Shown piece after piece: positions 47,302 to 57,892 of a stretch of DNA of 64,000 bases (position 1 is the first letter of the stretch; every line of letters begins with the position of its first letter). Under the pieces are notes generated by a model. The model had not been told where the DNA came from, made no database searches, and saw only the letters and a list, made by a program, of their open reading frames with translations. A program made the translations under genes and the position numbers. The stretch lies in the IMG/VR virus record IMGVR_UViG_3300049436_000052, positions 73,433-137,432 of that record. One strand, 5' to 3'. This DNA comes from a virus.

Positions 47302-48112
47302 ATATGAAACTATGGAAATAATAAAAAATGCATTTGTAAATAGAAATGGTTCATATTATGAATCTGGTGGAATTGTAGATGGTACACAGAGAATACTAAC
47401 AAATCATCAAACTAAATATTGGCAACAAGGTAATGTTGAAAATATGTTGGCTATTGATGTTAATAATATAATTAATTTAATTGAGATTAAAGAAGCAATA
47501 TATGTAGGAAGAATACCAATGCATTTTGGTCATTTTATTATGGAAGGAATGGCAAGACTTTGTGATGTTGTAAATTTAGATAAACCTATTATTGGATATA
47601 TAACAATGGGATATTTACCTGATGGTATTAAATCAACACCAGAAAAAGAAATTAGATGGTTTATTTCATGTGCAACAGATCAATATTTTTATGAAGTAAA
47701 TGATGACGAAACTTACTTTGTTAAAAATTTATTTGTACCAAAATTACCATATCATTTATCTCAAAGTTGTTCAGAGCCTTGGAGAATGACAAACTTAATA
47801 AAAAAAATCGTATTTGATTGTAGATTAAAACATTCAGATATTAATGAAATAGATGTTTTATATTTAAAAAGAAATGAAGAAGAAGTTTTTTATAAAGAAT
47901 GTGTTATATCAGATCCTAATTCTGAATTATCTAAACAAATTGCAATGGTTTCAAAAGCAAATAAATTAATTGGAAAATGTGGTAGCAATACACATCTATC
48001 AATCTTTGCTAAAAATAATTGTTTTACTGAGTGGACACAAAGGGGTAATTTTAACGAATGTGATAGAAATCAACTGATTTGTGATTTAATAAAAACATAT
48101 AATTATTTTTAA
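47288..48112 (+). CDS. GT61/DUF563-like glycosyltransferase (divergent)
   Basis: HFGHFIME..RL, LYLKR, QIAMVSKA..LIG..GSNTH. Confidence 0.6.
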   Translation: MKLIKYETMEIIKNAFVNRNGSYYESGGIVDGTQRILTNHQTKYWQQGNVENMLAIDVNNIINLIEIKEAIYVGRIPMHFGHFIMEGMARLCDVVNLDKPIIGYITMGYLPDGIKSTPEKEIRWFISCATDQYFYEVNDDETYFVKNLFVPKLPYHLSQSCSEPWRMTNLIKKIVFDCRLKHSDINEIDVLYLKRNEEEVFYKECVISDPNSELSKQIAMVSKANKLIGKCGSNTHLSIFAKNNCFTEWTQRGNFNECDRNQLICDLIKTYNYF

Positions 48113-48149
48113 ACCAATTGTTGTTGAAAAATAAATTTTAAAGAAATAA

Positions 48150-48179
48150 TTGAAATGTTAAAAAATGTTAATATATTTG
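48150..48179 (+). promoter_or_regulatory. Bacteroidota sigma-A-type promoter TTG-N19-TATATTTG
   Basis: Exact consensus geometry upstream of the operon leading to the helicase. Confidence 0.65.
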
Positions 48180-48225
48180 TATAATAAATATTGATATAAA
48201 AATTATAACTATAATACTTATTTTT

Positions 48226-48861
48226 ATGGCTGAAAAAGAAGGCAATACGTTCAGGTTCACATTAATGCAAGAGAATGTTCTTTTATGTGAAAAAATAATT
48301 GATGCAGATCAATTTAATCCGATAACTCGATATTCAATAAATATTAGAGAAATTTTACCAAAAGCAATAACTAAACTACAGAAAATTCTTTCTAAGAAGA
48401 ATTATGATGTTATTGTTGAAGTAGGAAGAAAGGACATTTCGATTATTGATTCTGAAAATTATGATTATGATCTTTGGGAATATTATATGGAGATGATTGA
48501 TAAATATCCTAAAAGGTATCAAGAGGGGATGTATTATAGTCCACAACCAGTTGTTCAACAGATTGAAGAACGGACAATAAGAGGTGTTGAGTGTAAAATT
48601 GGATTCTATATTAACAATAAGACAATTGTTGAGCGACAATTTTATGTAGATGGGTTTAATCCTATGGCTAGATTTTCGGTTGATTTAACAGAAACTGTTG
48701 TTGATATTACAGATGCAATTTTTAATCAAATTAAGAAAGATGATGTAAAAAATATGTGGGATGATTATTATCTTATAAATAACAAAGGTTATAGTATAAC
48801 ACAGATAAGAGAATTTACACCTCAAAAAAGAAACGAAATATTAAGATCTATAAAAAATTAA
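48226..48861 (+). CDS. Conserved hypothetical phage protein
   Basis: 211 aa with internal duplication (FNPITRYSINI / FNPMARFSVDL). Confidence 0.7.
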   Translation: MAEKEGNTFRFTLMQENVLLCEKIIDADQFNPITRYSINIREILPKAITKLQKILSKKNYDVIVEVGRKDISIIDSENYDYDLWEYYMEMIDKYPKRYQEGMYYSPQPVVQQIEERTIRGVECKIGFYINNKTIVERQFYVDGFNPMARFSVDLTETVVDITDAIFNQIKKDDVKNMWDDYYLINNKGYSITQIREFTPQKRNEILRSIKN

Positions 48862-48899
48862 TTAAAATGTTGTTATTTCATCATTCAATATCTTCTAAC

Positions 48900-49019
48900 A
48901 TGAATAGAAATGAATCACCATATCCTAAACAGATAAGTTATAAACATCGTATCTTATTGATTATTTGGATAATAATGGTAACTATATGTGGAGTTGTTTT
49001 AACAATTTCTTTAATGTAA
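48900..49019 (+). CDS. Small membrane protein (not in ORF track)
   Basis: MNRNESPYPKQISYKHRILLIIWIIMVTICGVVLTISLM, 39 aa. Confidence 0.45.
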   Translation: MNRNESPYPKQISYKHRILLIIWIIMVTICGVVLTISLM

Positions 49020-49026
49020 ATAAAAT

Positions 49027-49308
49027 ATGGAATCAAATAAAAATACTTATACAAATAAAACAAATACTGGTGATTTAGGAACAGTATGTAAAAAATGTTA
49101 TAAACCGTTTGTATATATTGGTGATGTACCTATGGATGGTTGGTTAGAAGGGTGTGAACCCTATTGTACTTGTAATCAGAAAAAACAAACAACTGGACTT
49201 CAAGGTTGGATATGTCCAGTATGTGGTGCTGGTTTAAGTCCATATACAACAATGTGTCCATGTAAAAACATGAATAGTTTTACAATTACATCTAAAACTG
49301 TTTTATAA
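49027..49308 (+). CDS. Cys-rich Zn-finger protein
   Basis: CKKC, CTC, GWICPVCGAGLSP...CPC. Confidence 0.7.
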   Translation: MESNKNTYTNKTNTGDLGTVCKKCYKPFVYIGDVPMDGWLEGCEPYCTCNQKKQTTGLQGWICPVCGAGLSPYTTMCPCKNMNSFTITSKTVL

Positions 49309-49322
49309 TAAATTTAAAAGTA

Positions 49323-49769
49323 ATGACTAAGAAAAAATCATTAAAACCAAAACCATTATCAGATTTGGAATGGGACACTTGTTTTATGTCTTTACGATAT
49401 GCCATGAATCGTCAAACAATCTCTTCAGCAACATTACCAATTCAATTAGTTAGAGCATATTGGAATAGATGGACAGATCCACAAAAAAAGATGATTGCAA
49501 GGGATTTGAAAAACAATGAAGAAATGTGTATTGAAATGGAGACGACTGCATTTGGTAATCCTAGTATTGATAGACCAACATGGTTAAAATTTTGGAAAGC
49601 TTGTGATATTGATAATCATTATAAAGTTAAATTAGTTAATGGTGATGAAGATATTGTTTTTGAAGCTAATGATAAAATATATCCGTTAAATAAATATGTG
49701 GAAAACCCGTATTTAGAAATTTATTACCCTAAAGAAAGTATATTAGAAAAAGATTATTTAATAAAATAA
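49323..49769 (+). CDS. Hypothetical protein
   Basis: 148 aa, SLRYAMNRQT motif. Confidence 0.7.
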   Translation: MTKKKSLKPKPLSDLEWDTCFMSLRYAMNRQTISSATLPIQLVRAYWNRWTDPQKKMIARDLKNNEEMCIEMETTAFGNPSIDRPTWLKFWKACDIDNHYKVKLVNGDEDIVFEANDKIYPLNKYVENPYLEIYYPKESILEKDYLIK

Positions 49770-49773
49770 ATTT

Positions 49774-50004
49774 ATGGAAAGTTTAACAACTATAGTAAAA
49801 GAAACAACTGCAAAATTAACACATGTTTGTTATGGCAAAGTATTTTACATGATTGAAACAAAAGATCATAAATATCAGTTAGAAATTGATTCTATGGATG
49901 AAGAGTTTAAAACCACATATCTTTTATTAGAATTTAAATCGATTACACTTATGAGATGGATTCGTAAAGGAATTAAAAACGGAACATTTATTTTATTATC
50001 TTAA
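49774..50004 (+). CDS. Hypothetical protein
   Basis: 76 aa, LMRWIRK motif. Confidence 0.7.
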   Translation: MESLTTIVKETTAKLTHVCYGKVFYMIETKDHKYQLEIDSMDEEFKTTYLLLEFKSITLMRWIRKGIKNGTFILLS

Positions 50005-50053
50005 TTACTTTTCATAAAATTTTTTTAATTTAAACCAAATAATATTTAGTTAA

Positions 50054-51646
50054 ATGAGTGAAGGTTTAGAAAACACGTTAAGTGCCTATTTGGGACATGA
50101 ATTTCAATTGCGGTTAATGTGGCAATTATTAGTAGAACCAGAATTTGCTGAAAAAACGATACCAAATCTAGCAATAGAGTATTTTGATGATCCGAATATG
50201 AAACGGATGTTTGTTATAATGCTCGAATTCCATAAAGAATATGAAAAAGTTCCAAATCTTCAAAATCAAACAATTCATCAAGCAATAAACAGATTTAAAA
50301 CTCCTAATAATTATATTGAAGAAGAAACTTTATTCTCAACGCTAAGAAGAATTGAAAATTGGAATGAAAGGGTTATTAATGAACAAATGTTGTATGATGG
50401 TGATGTAATCCAAAAAGCAACAATAGAATTTATAAAACAACAAGAATATCGTAAACTTGGTGAATTTATTCTTGATAAAGTCAAGAGTGGTGAGATGAAA
50501 AATAAATTTATCTTAAATAACATAGAAGATAAATTTTTAAAGATTTCGGAAATTGGTAATGAAGACAATACATCTGAAGAAGTTATTGAAAACCCTGAAA
50601 AAGCACTTAGAAAAGAATTTAGAGAAACAATACCAACAGGTATTGAAGCTATTGATACGCTAACAGGCGGAGGATTAGCCAAATGCGAGAGAGGTATAAT
50701 TTTGGCCTCACCTGGAACGGGAAAGACGACTTTGCTAACTAAAATAGCAAACACGGGTTATGAAGTAGGTAAAAATGTGGCTCAAATAATTATTGAAGAT
50801 AATATTGACGATATTAAGAGAAAACATTATGCTATTTGGTCTAAAGTTCCTTTATCTAAATTAAGTGATGATGATGAAAATAAAGTTGCTATTGATCGTG
50901 TTAAGAAAAAAATTGAAATGATCAAAGGTAAAGGTAGATTGGTAATTCAAAAGTTTTCAGAAGAAGGAACAACAATGATTGATATCAGAAATTGGATTAT
51001 TTCTTACCAAAAAAAGCATGGAATGAAATTTGATTTATTAATATTAGATTATTTGGATTGTATTGAATCTCATAAAAGAACAGCAGATAAGAACGAAGCA
51101 GAATTTAATGTAATTAAATCTTTTGGTGCATTAGGAACAGATTTGAACATCCCTGCATGGACATCGATCCAAGGAAATCGTGGAAGTTTTAATGTAGAAT
51201 TAGTTGAAGCGTTCCAAATGGGTGGTAGTGTTAAGCGATATGAAAAAGCACATTTTTTCATGAGTATTGGAAAAACGCCTGATCAAAAAGAAGCAAGTTT
51301 AGCAAATATTCGAATAATAAAAGCAAGATTTGCAAAAGATGGTCAAACGTTTAAAGATTGTATATTTAATAATGATACGCTAGATATTAGAATTGAAGAT
51401 CAAAGATATAAAAATGGTGGAATTATAAATGGAGTTAAAAGGTATGATGAAAAGGATTTAAATGAATTAGAAGAACAAAGAAAAAGAATAGTGGAAAAGT
51501 CTTCAGATCTAAATATACATAATCATATTAATTTACACTTAGACGATCAAAAAGTAAATAATAATACTAGTATATTAAGTGAAATTGAGAATAATAATGA
51601 ATTAATGGATTATATTAAAACTGCTCGTAATGAAATAAAGGATTAG
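50054..51646 (+). CDS. Replicative helicase (DnaB / T4 gp41-like)
   Basis: IPTG..ID...GGL, Walker A ASPGTGKTT, ILDYLD, WTSIQGNR, KARF. Confidence 0.92.
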   Translation: MSEGLENTLSAYLGHEFQLRLMWQLLVEPEFAEKTIPNLAIEYFDDPNMKRMFVIMLEFHKEYEKVPNLQNQTIHQAINRFKTPNNYIEEETLFSTLRRIENWNERVINEQMLYDGDVIQKATIEFIKQQEYRKLGEFILDKVKSGEMKNKFILNNIEDKFLKISEIGNEDNTSEEVIENPEKALRKEFRETIPTGIEAIDTLTGGGLAKCERGIILASPGTGKTTLLTKIANTGYEVGKNVAQIIIEDNIDDIKRKHYAIWSKVPLSKLSDDDENKVAIDRVKKKIEMIKGKGRLVIQKFSEEGTTMIDIRNWIISYQKKHGMKFDLLILDYLDCIESHKRTADKNEAEFNVIKSFGALGTDLNIPAWTSIQGNRGSFNVELVEAFQMGGSVKRYEKAHFFMSIGKTPDQKEASLANIRIIKARFAKDGQTFKDCIFNNDTLDIRIEDQRYKNGGIINGVKRYDEKDLNELEEQRKRIVEKSSDLNIHNHINLHLDDQKVNNNTSILSEIENNNELMDYIKTARNEIKD

Positions 51647-51672
51647 TTTTTTTTCTATATGTTTCGTTTTTT

Positions 51673-51705
51673 AACCTTGTGAGATTATTCTTACAAGGTT
51701 TTTTT
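51673..51705 (+). terminator. Rho-independent terminator
   Basis: AACCTTGTGAGA/TCTTACAAGGTT stem plus T-run. Confidence 0.8.
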
Positions 51706-51737
51706 ATTTTTAAATGGTTGTTAATTAAAATTTTTTG

Positions 51738-51745
51738 TATTTATA
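51738..51745 (+). promoter_or_regulatory. Putative late promoter TATTTATA
   Basis: GTATTTATATTAAAA. Confidence 0.65.
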
Positions 51746-51780
51746 TTAAAAATAATTACATAAGGTATAATTAACAACAC

Positions 51781-52818
51781 ATGTTTTTTGCACGTCCAAG
51801 ATTATCAAATATATTTTTTAAACAAAATCCTGATGACATTTTTACAATATCTGGTCAAACAAATATTGCAACAACATCAGGTTTAACATTATCGGATGGA
51901 ATTGGTGGTAATGTAATAATAACTGCAAGTGGTGCTTCACTATCAACAGTTGGTCAGGTAATGACTTATGATGGTAGTAGAATTAGATTAATGCAATCTA
52001 GTTTAAGTGGTGATACAAATTTTGCTTGTGGAACAACAGATATAAGAAGATCACCATACACTGGTTTAAATATGAATGCAACTACTGTTGGTACTTTTCT
52101 TGAAAAATTTTTCTTTCCAGATGCACCACCAACATCAAATATATGTTTCACAACTGGTTTATTAGCCAGACAATTTGGAGATACTAGTTTTATTGGAACA
52201 ACTAATTTGTGCTGGTCGGTTACAAAATGTACAAATAATATTTGTTTAATTTGCGCAAGTACTGGAGGTACTGGTTCTTATGATGGTATAATTACTGCAA
52301 CTGGTGGAAGTCAAAATGGATTATTAAAACATACATATACCCCATCATTAACAGCATGTCCAACAGTTTCAACAGGATCTACATTAGCAACATATAGAAT
52401 ATTTGCAGAAACAATTTCAGGAGAAACAACAACAGGTACAACATCAATAAATTGGAAGAATAAAGTTTATTGGGGTGGAAGTTCAATTAATTATATTGGT
52501 GCGTCTAGTGGAGCAACTAATGTTGGTGTTAACTCACTAACTTGTTCAGAATTGGCATCAACTGGAATAAAATGTTTCTGTAATTTTTGTGTTGGTAGTG
52601 GAAATTTCTTTTATTATACTTATCCAGCAATATTTGGTGTTCCAACTCAAGTAACAGTTAATGGTTTACCAAATAATTCTTGGGGTTGCGCATCATTAGG
52701 AACGTTGAGTTGTTATAGAAGATGTAATTCAAATGGATATTGTCAGGATTTTATTATAATGAGATCTGATAATCAAATAAGTGGTAGTTTTAATATTAAT
52801 ATTACAACAACAATTTAA
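51781..52818 (+). CDS. Cys/Ser/Thr/Gly-rich virion structural protein
   Basis: Late motif; beta-rich low-charge composition; 15 Cys. Confidence 0.6.
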   Translation: MFFARPRLSNIFFKQNPDDIFTISGQTNIATTSGLTLSDGIGGNVIITASGASLSTVGQVMTYDGSRIRLMQSSLSGDTNFACGTTDIRRSPYTGLNMNATTVGTFLEKFFFPDAPPTSNICFTTGLLARQFGDTSFIGTTNLCWSVTKCTNNICLICASTGGTGSYDGIITATGGSQNGLLKHTYTPSLTACPTVSTGSTLATYRIFAETISGETTTGTTSINWKNKVYWGGSSINYIGASSGATNVGVNSLTCSELASTGIKCFCNFCVGSGNFFYYTYPAIFGVPTQVTVNGLPNNSWGCASLGTLSCYRRCNSNGYCQDFIIMRSDNQISGSFNINITTTI

Positions 52819-52831
52819 AAATATAATATAA

Positions 52832-55618
52832 ATGGCTGAATTTTTTAAAGGAACGGTTTTAGCATCTCCAATTGTTAATAGTTCATCAGGTGATACATAT
52901 GGGACACATCATTCTGTATTGGGTGTTGGTGGCTACATGGAGGTTAAAACAACTAATGAACGTGATTCAATTCCGATGGATTCAATATTTCCAACAATTT
53001 ATTTTGATGGTATTTCAAGTGGTAGAAGAAGATTAGGAATGCTTGTTCATGTATTGGAAGATGATATAATTTATCAATTACATCCAAAAGTTGGTGGTAA
53101 TTATGTTACTTATAGTACTTGGACAGGATATACAGATACTCAAAAATATACGGCATTATCTGGAAATAGTGGTTGGTATCCTTTATTTATAACTGGAACT
53201 GGATCTACAAATAATGTAGAACAAATTAGTAAAGGATATACCCAAACAACACATGGTTTTGTTAAGGGCGATGTGGTTGGTTATGATGGTAGTGATTTAT
53301 TAAAAGTTTCGTCTTTATCAGCAGCAACAATTGAACCAATTGGTTTGGTTAGTGTTAGTGATTATAATGGAACTGGTGGGACAAACACAAATATTACTAT
53401 AACTTATGCTGGTAATATAAACACTAGTGGTATTCTTGATTATAGTGGAGGAACTTTAGTAAATGGAAGTTTATATTATTTAGCAAGTTCAGGATACACA
53501 GGAAAATTAACAACACTCGTACCAACAACACTTAATGAAATTTCAAAACCAATTTTATTGAAATTAAGCGGAAATACTGGTATCGTATTACAATATAGAG
53601 GTACGAGTAAAGCAGATCAAGGCTTAACAATTGGTGAATTTAATCAATATACTGGCAACACTCAATTATTTTTAGATAAAACAGTTACAGGTGCAACTAA
53701 TATTGGATACTTTAGTGGACAAACAGGACTTCAAACTATAACAATATTAACATCAAATACATTATATAATGGCGATTATAATTCTCTATATAATTACTAT
53801 TACAGAGATTCGGGTGGTATTATTAGAATAGGTTCTCCAGATTATCATGGAATTTTAAGACGTGGTTATTTGAGTACATTTACACCTAGAAGATCTTGGT
53901 TATATAATACATATACTGGTTCAAGTAATCAAATTGGTTGGATATTGGTAGATGGTGATATTAGTCAAAATGTCGGAAATTTTTTGACTGCAAATAATAT
54001 TGCTGCAAACGCTGGAACACCTGTTTTTAGTGAAACTGAATGGTGGTATACAGGTGGTACAATGAATGATGGATATTACAGTAATAGTGCGGTATCGTTA
54101 GATGTTAATGGTAATACATACACAGGAACAACATATGATATTGGTGGACCTGTTTATCGTGATAAAGTTTTTAAGGAATTAAGATTCAGAACAATTGTTT
54201 CAAATAGTCCATCAACAATCAAAGTAACATATAATGATGATTTTATTTTTATTTCTGGTTCAACAAGTGGGAGTACAGTAAGTGGTGGAACAATAACTGG
54301 TGTAACAGGAATAACAAATCTTGGAACAGGATTTGGAATTTACGAAACTATTTCAGATAACACCGTTCAATTAAACAGTATTATAGGTAGTGGTCAAACA
54401 ACAATTCAAAAGGTTAATAACACATTAATTGTATATAGTAGTGGTGCTACGGACACTGTGACAGGTGTTACTAATGTTGGTAATGGTTATGGTATTTTTA
54501 CTGGTATCACATCAAATAATTTACAATTAAAAACCATTAATGTTAGTGGTTCGTCATTAAGTATAGTTGACACACCAAATAGTATAATTATTAGCGGTTT
54601 GACAGTGAATAGTATTCAAACAGCAAATAATGGTTTAACAAAAGTTGGAACAAACGTTGTTTTGGGGGGTGTATTAACTGGTAATACCACTCTAAGTGGA
54701 AATTATACACTAAATATTTCAGGTAATGCTAAAATAAATACTACTTCTGGTTATCAGATTAGTGGAACAACAATATTAAAAACAACATCAAGTGACATTA
54801 ATTCAATTTATATTGGTAATGGTGGTGGAATTTTTAGTGGTAATACCGGATTCTTTAATGTGGGGATTGGATATCAATCATTATATTCTAATGGTATTGG
54901 TGAAATAAATAGTGGTATTGGATATAGATCATTATATTCAAATGTAAGTGGTTGTAGAAACATTGGTATTGGATTTATTTCATTATGTAACAATACTATT
55001 GGTAGTTGTAATATCGCAATAGGAGAAGGTGCTGGTGGTGATAATATTACTGGATCTTCTAATATATTTATTGGTGGTTGTGCAGGTGTTGGAGTTGGTC
55101 AAACAGGTTCTAATCAATTATATATTGGCAATAGTACTGGTAGTACTTTGATCTATGGTAATATGTCAACTAATGAAGTAACATTACCAACACTTAAAAT
55201 TTGTAACACACTTCCAAATGGAACATGTAGTGATAGTATTATGGTTTGGAATTCGACTGACAAATATGTTAGAAAAGTTCCATATTCAAGTGGTGGAACT
55301 ACTGGAGATATAAATAATTGTTATTCAAATACATTAATAACTGGAAATACAACATTAACAACAGGAAGTTCATATGTGATATTATTTTCAGGTAATACAA
55401 ATATACTTGCAAACTTACCATTATCACCATTTAATGGAGAAGCATTTAAATTCAAAGATGTTAGTGGAAATGCGGCCATTAATAATATTACAATAAGTGG
55501 TAGTACTAATAATATTGACGGATCACCATTTGCACTAATCAATACAAATTATGGATCAATGAACGTTATGTATACATGCAATTCACCAGTAGGTTGGTAT
55601 GTATTGGGAAGTGTATAA
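52832..55618 (+). CDS. Tail/head fibre protein
   Basis: 928 aa S/T/G-rich; NxxIG beta-helix repeats near the C-terminus; RRLGMLVHV N-terminal motif. Confidence 0.7.
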   Translation: MAEFFKGTVLASPIVNSSSGDTYGTHHSVLGVGGYMEVKTTNERDSIPMDSIFPTIYFDGISSGRRRLGMLVHVLEDDIIYQLHPKVGGNYVTYSTWTGYTDTQKYTALSGNSGWYPLFITGTGSTNNVEQISKGYTQTTHGFVKGDVVGYDGSDLLKVSSLSAATIEPIGLVSVSDYNGTGGTNTNITITYAGNINTSGILDYSGGTLVNGSLYYLASSGYTGKLTTLVPTTLNEISKPILLKLSGNTGIVLQYRGTSKADQGLTIGEFNQYTGNTQLFLDKTVTGATNIGYFSGQTGLQTITILTSNTLYNGDYNSLYNYYYRDSGGIIRIGSPDYHGILRRGYLSTFTPRRSWLYNTYTGSSNQIGWILVDGDISQNVGNFLTANNIAANAGTPVFSETEWWYTGGTMNDGYYSNSAVSLDVNGNTYTGTTYDIGGPVYRDKVFKELRFRTIVSNSPSTIKVTYNDDFIFISGSTSGSTVSGGTITGVTGITNLGTGFGIYETISDNTVQLNSIIGSGQTTIQKVNNTLIVYSSGATDTVTGVTNVGNGYGIFTGITSNNLQLKTINVSGSSLSIVDTPNSIIISGLTVNSIQTANNGLTKVGTNVVLGGVLTGNTTLSGNYTLNISGNAKINTTSGYQISGTTILKTTSSDINSIYIGNGGGIFSGNTGFFNVGIGYQSLYSNGIGEINSGIGYRSLYSNVSGCRNIGIGFISLCNNTIGSCNIAIGEGAGGDNITGSSNIFIGGCAGVGVGQTGSNQLYIGNSTGSTLIYGNMSTNEVTLPTLKICNTLPNGTCSDSIMVWNSTDKYVRKVPYSSGGTTGDINNCYSNTLITGNTTLTTGSSYVILFSGNTNILANLPLSPFNGEAFKFKDVSGNAAINNITISGSTNNIDGSPFALINTNYGSMNVMYTCNSPVGWYVLGSV

Positions 55619-55648
55619 CATAAATAACAATATAAAGATAGATTATTT

Positions 55649-55687
55649 AAAATGGAAATTGTTTAATATAATTTCCATTTTTTTTTT
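55649..55687 (+). terminator. Rho-independent terminator
   Basis: AAAATGGAAATT/AATTTCCATTTT stem plus long T-run. Confidence 0.7.
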
Positions 55688-55708
55688 GTTCTTTTTTGAA
55701 ATATTTAG

Positions 55709-55716
55709 TATTTATA
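55709..55716 (+). promoter_or_regulatory. Putative late promoter TATTTATA
   Basis: AGTATTTATAAAAA before the GT9 gene. Confidence 0.6.
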
Positions 55717-55751
55717 AAAAAATATAAAAAACTATAATAAATAATTAAAAT

Positions 55752-56669
55752 ATGGTTAATAATAAAATAAAAGAAAACAATTCATATATAATTGTTGACA
55801 TTTCGGGAGGGTTTGGAAAAAACATCATGTCCACAGCATTTATTAGGGCAATAAAAAAACAATATGTAGAAAGAAAAATAATTGTTGTTTGTTCATGGGA
55901 TAGTCCTTTTTTCAGCAATCCAAACATTTTTAGATTTTATCCACAAAATGTTGTTCAACAAGCAGGTATATATTTTAAAGATGATTATTTGAATGAAGAT
56001 ACGTTAATATTTAAACATGATCCTTATAATGAATCTAATCATATATTAAGAAAAGAACATTTGGTTGAAACATGGTGTAAAATGTTTGGAATTAAACACG
56101 ATGGTAACAAACCTGATATAATTATTAACGCACGAGAATTAGAAGTTGCCAAAGATAAAATTAAACCAGATAAAAGACCAATAATGATAATTCAAACTCA
56201 TGGTGGATCACCACAAAGTCAACCATCAAAAAAAAGTTGGTATAGAGATTTGCCTGTAAATATTGCACAAAAAATTATTAATCATTTTAAAACTAAATAT
56301 AGGATACTTCATTATAAATTGCCCGAACAACCATCATTTGAAGGAGTAGAACCGTTAAATCTTCCACATAGAGAATTAATGGCAGTTTTTCCATTATCAG
56401 AAAAAAGACTACTAATCGATTCAAGTTCTCAGCACATTGCTACTGCATTAAACCTAAAATCAACTGTTTGTTGGGTGGGTAATGATCCAAAGGTTTTTGG
56501 TTATGAAATGCATAATAATATATTACCAAATGCAAAAATAATTAACAAATTTGATAAATACACATATCTTCAAGATGATATAAGTGGATTTATTCATCAA
56601 TTTCCCTACGATACTGTTGATCTTTTTAACGTAGATGAAATAATTGCAACAGTTGAAGCACAAAAATAA
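55752..56669 (+). CDS. GT9 (heptosyltransferase-like) glycosyltransferase
   Basis: GGFGKNIMSTAFIRAIK and IDSSSQHIATAL...TVCW. Confidence 0.8.
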   Translation: MVNNKIKENNSYIIVDISGGFGKNIMSTAFIRAIKKQYVERKIIVVCSWDSPFFSNPNIFRFYPQNVVQQAGIYFKDDYLNEDTLIFKHDPYNESNHILRKEHLVETWCKMFGIKHDGNKPDIIINARELEVAKDKIKPDKRPIMIIQTHGGSPQSQPSKKSWYRDLPVNIAQKIINHFKTKYRILHYKLPEQPSFEGVEPLNLPHRELMAVFPLSEKRLLIDSSSQHIATALNLKSTVCWVGNDPKVFGYEMHNNILPNAKIINKFDKYTYLQDDISGFIHQFPYDTVDLFNVDEIIATVEAQK

Positions 56670-56849
56670 TTTAATCAGTAAAAACAAAAATATGACTACA
56701 AATAATGATAGATTATATGTTTATGATATAATAATTATGCTCGATTTATAACATAATTTTAATTATGTTTGATTCTTGATATAAATTTATTATCTAAAAT
56801 AAAAAGTAATTATTTACAATATTTTTCTAAAATCCTTTAAATTTTATAG

Positions 56850-56857
56850 TATTTATA
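56850..56857 (+). promoter_or_regulatory. Putative late promoter TATTTATA
   Basis: AGTATTTATAAG. Confidence 0.55.
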
Positions 56858-56901
56858 AGTATTGTAAAAATAAATTTTATAAAATTTAATTATTCTTTAG
56901 T

Positions 56902-57873
56902 ATGATTCTATCTCTCAATTTTCTCGTGGTTTCTTTACAACCAGTAACACAACAATTACCCCAACAACCAGTAGATGCAAATAACTTTAAAAATGCCATA
57001 ATATATATGGTGACAAGTGTTGTCTTATCTGGGATTATAAGTTGGGTTTTAACTTCGATTAATAAAAGATTTGAAATAAAAAAAATTAAGGTTGAAGCAG
57101 AAAATAGCGAGAAAAGATATAACGAAAGTAATAGATTAGTTTCAAATAGAATGTTAGGGATGGAAAATTCATTAGTAGATGTGTCTTTTAATCTATTAGA
57201 AATGAAAAAAAGTAATGAGTTTGAGAGAAATTTAACAAATGCAATTCAAGATATTTCTACAAATATAATTGATTTTAATGATGATATAAAACCACGATAT
57301 AAACATATTTTAACTCAAATGTCAAGAGAATTTGAAAATTTCATATCCAAATTTTATAGAAATCCTGGACGTGGGGTTAGTCATAGAATAGTTCCATTTC
57401 TGAAATCAGACATGAATAGTCGATTATCGATACTTGAAAGTTTATTGGGGAAAATAGATGTTGGTGAAGTTAAAGCATTTACTCTTCCATCGACAAAAAA
57501 AATACCTGTTAATGTTGTTGAATTTGTTTTGGGTTTCAAAAATCAAGAAGATGAAAATAATTTTAAAGGATATTTAGATTTTCCAGATGAAAATGATTTA
57601 AATGGTTTAATGAAAATCATTAAATTATTAATTTTTGATTTAGAAAAGAATGGATTAACCCCAGAAAAATTTATTGAAAGAATTGAAGAATTTTATTCTG
57701 AATTTTTTAAGAAAATTGTTTTAGTTTTTAGAGAATGGGAAAAATTAGAACTATATAAAAAAGAAGATTCTCTAACACCAAAAAATATTTGGGATGAATT
57801 TAATGAGTTAAACATTGATGAATCAAAAGATATTGAATATGTTAAAAATTTAGAAAAAAGAAAAATAAAATAA
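56902..57873 (+). CDS. Membrane-anchored helical protein
   Basis: TM segment AIIYMVTSVVLSGIISWVL followed by coiled coil. Confidence 0.6.
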   Translation: MILSLNFLVVSLQPVTQQLPQQPVDANNFKNAIIYMVTSVVLSGIISWVLTSINKRFEIKKIKVEAENSEKRYNESNRLVSNRMLGMENSLVDVSFNLLEMKKSNEFERNLTNAIQDISTNIIDFNDDIKPRYKHILTQMSREFENFISKFYRNPGRGVSHRIVPFLKSDMNSRLSILESLLGKIDVGEVKAFTLPSTKKIPVNVVEFVLGFKNQEDENNFKGYLDFPDENDLNGLMKIIKLLIFDLEKNGLTPEKFIERIEEFYSEFFKKIVLVFREWEKLELYKKEDSLTPKNIWDEFNELNIDESKDIEYVKNLEKRKIK

Positions 57874-57892
57874 TAAATTAAAAATAAATAAT

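Noticed and set aside
48862-49026. Structured ncRNA
   Set aside because: Pairings are weak and AT-rich; a 39-aa membrane ORF (48900-49019) explains the space
43511-51646. Inteins or introns in UvsX, exonuclease or helicase
   Set aside because: Lengths are normal and no splice-junction or LAGLIDADG motifs are visible
56690-56790. Imperfect direct repeats taattatg(c/t)t(c/t)gatt
   Set aside because: Two short copies in very AT-rich DNA; cannot be distinguished from chance
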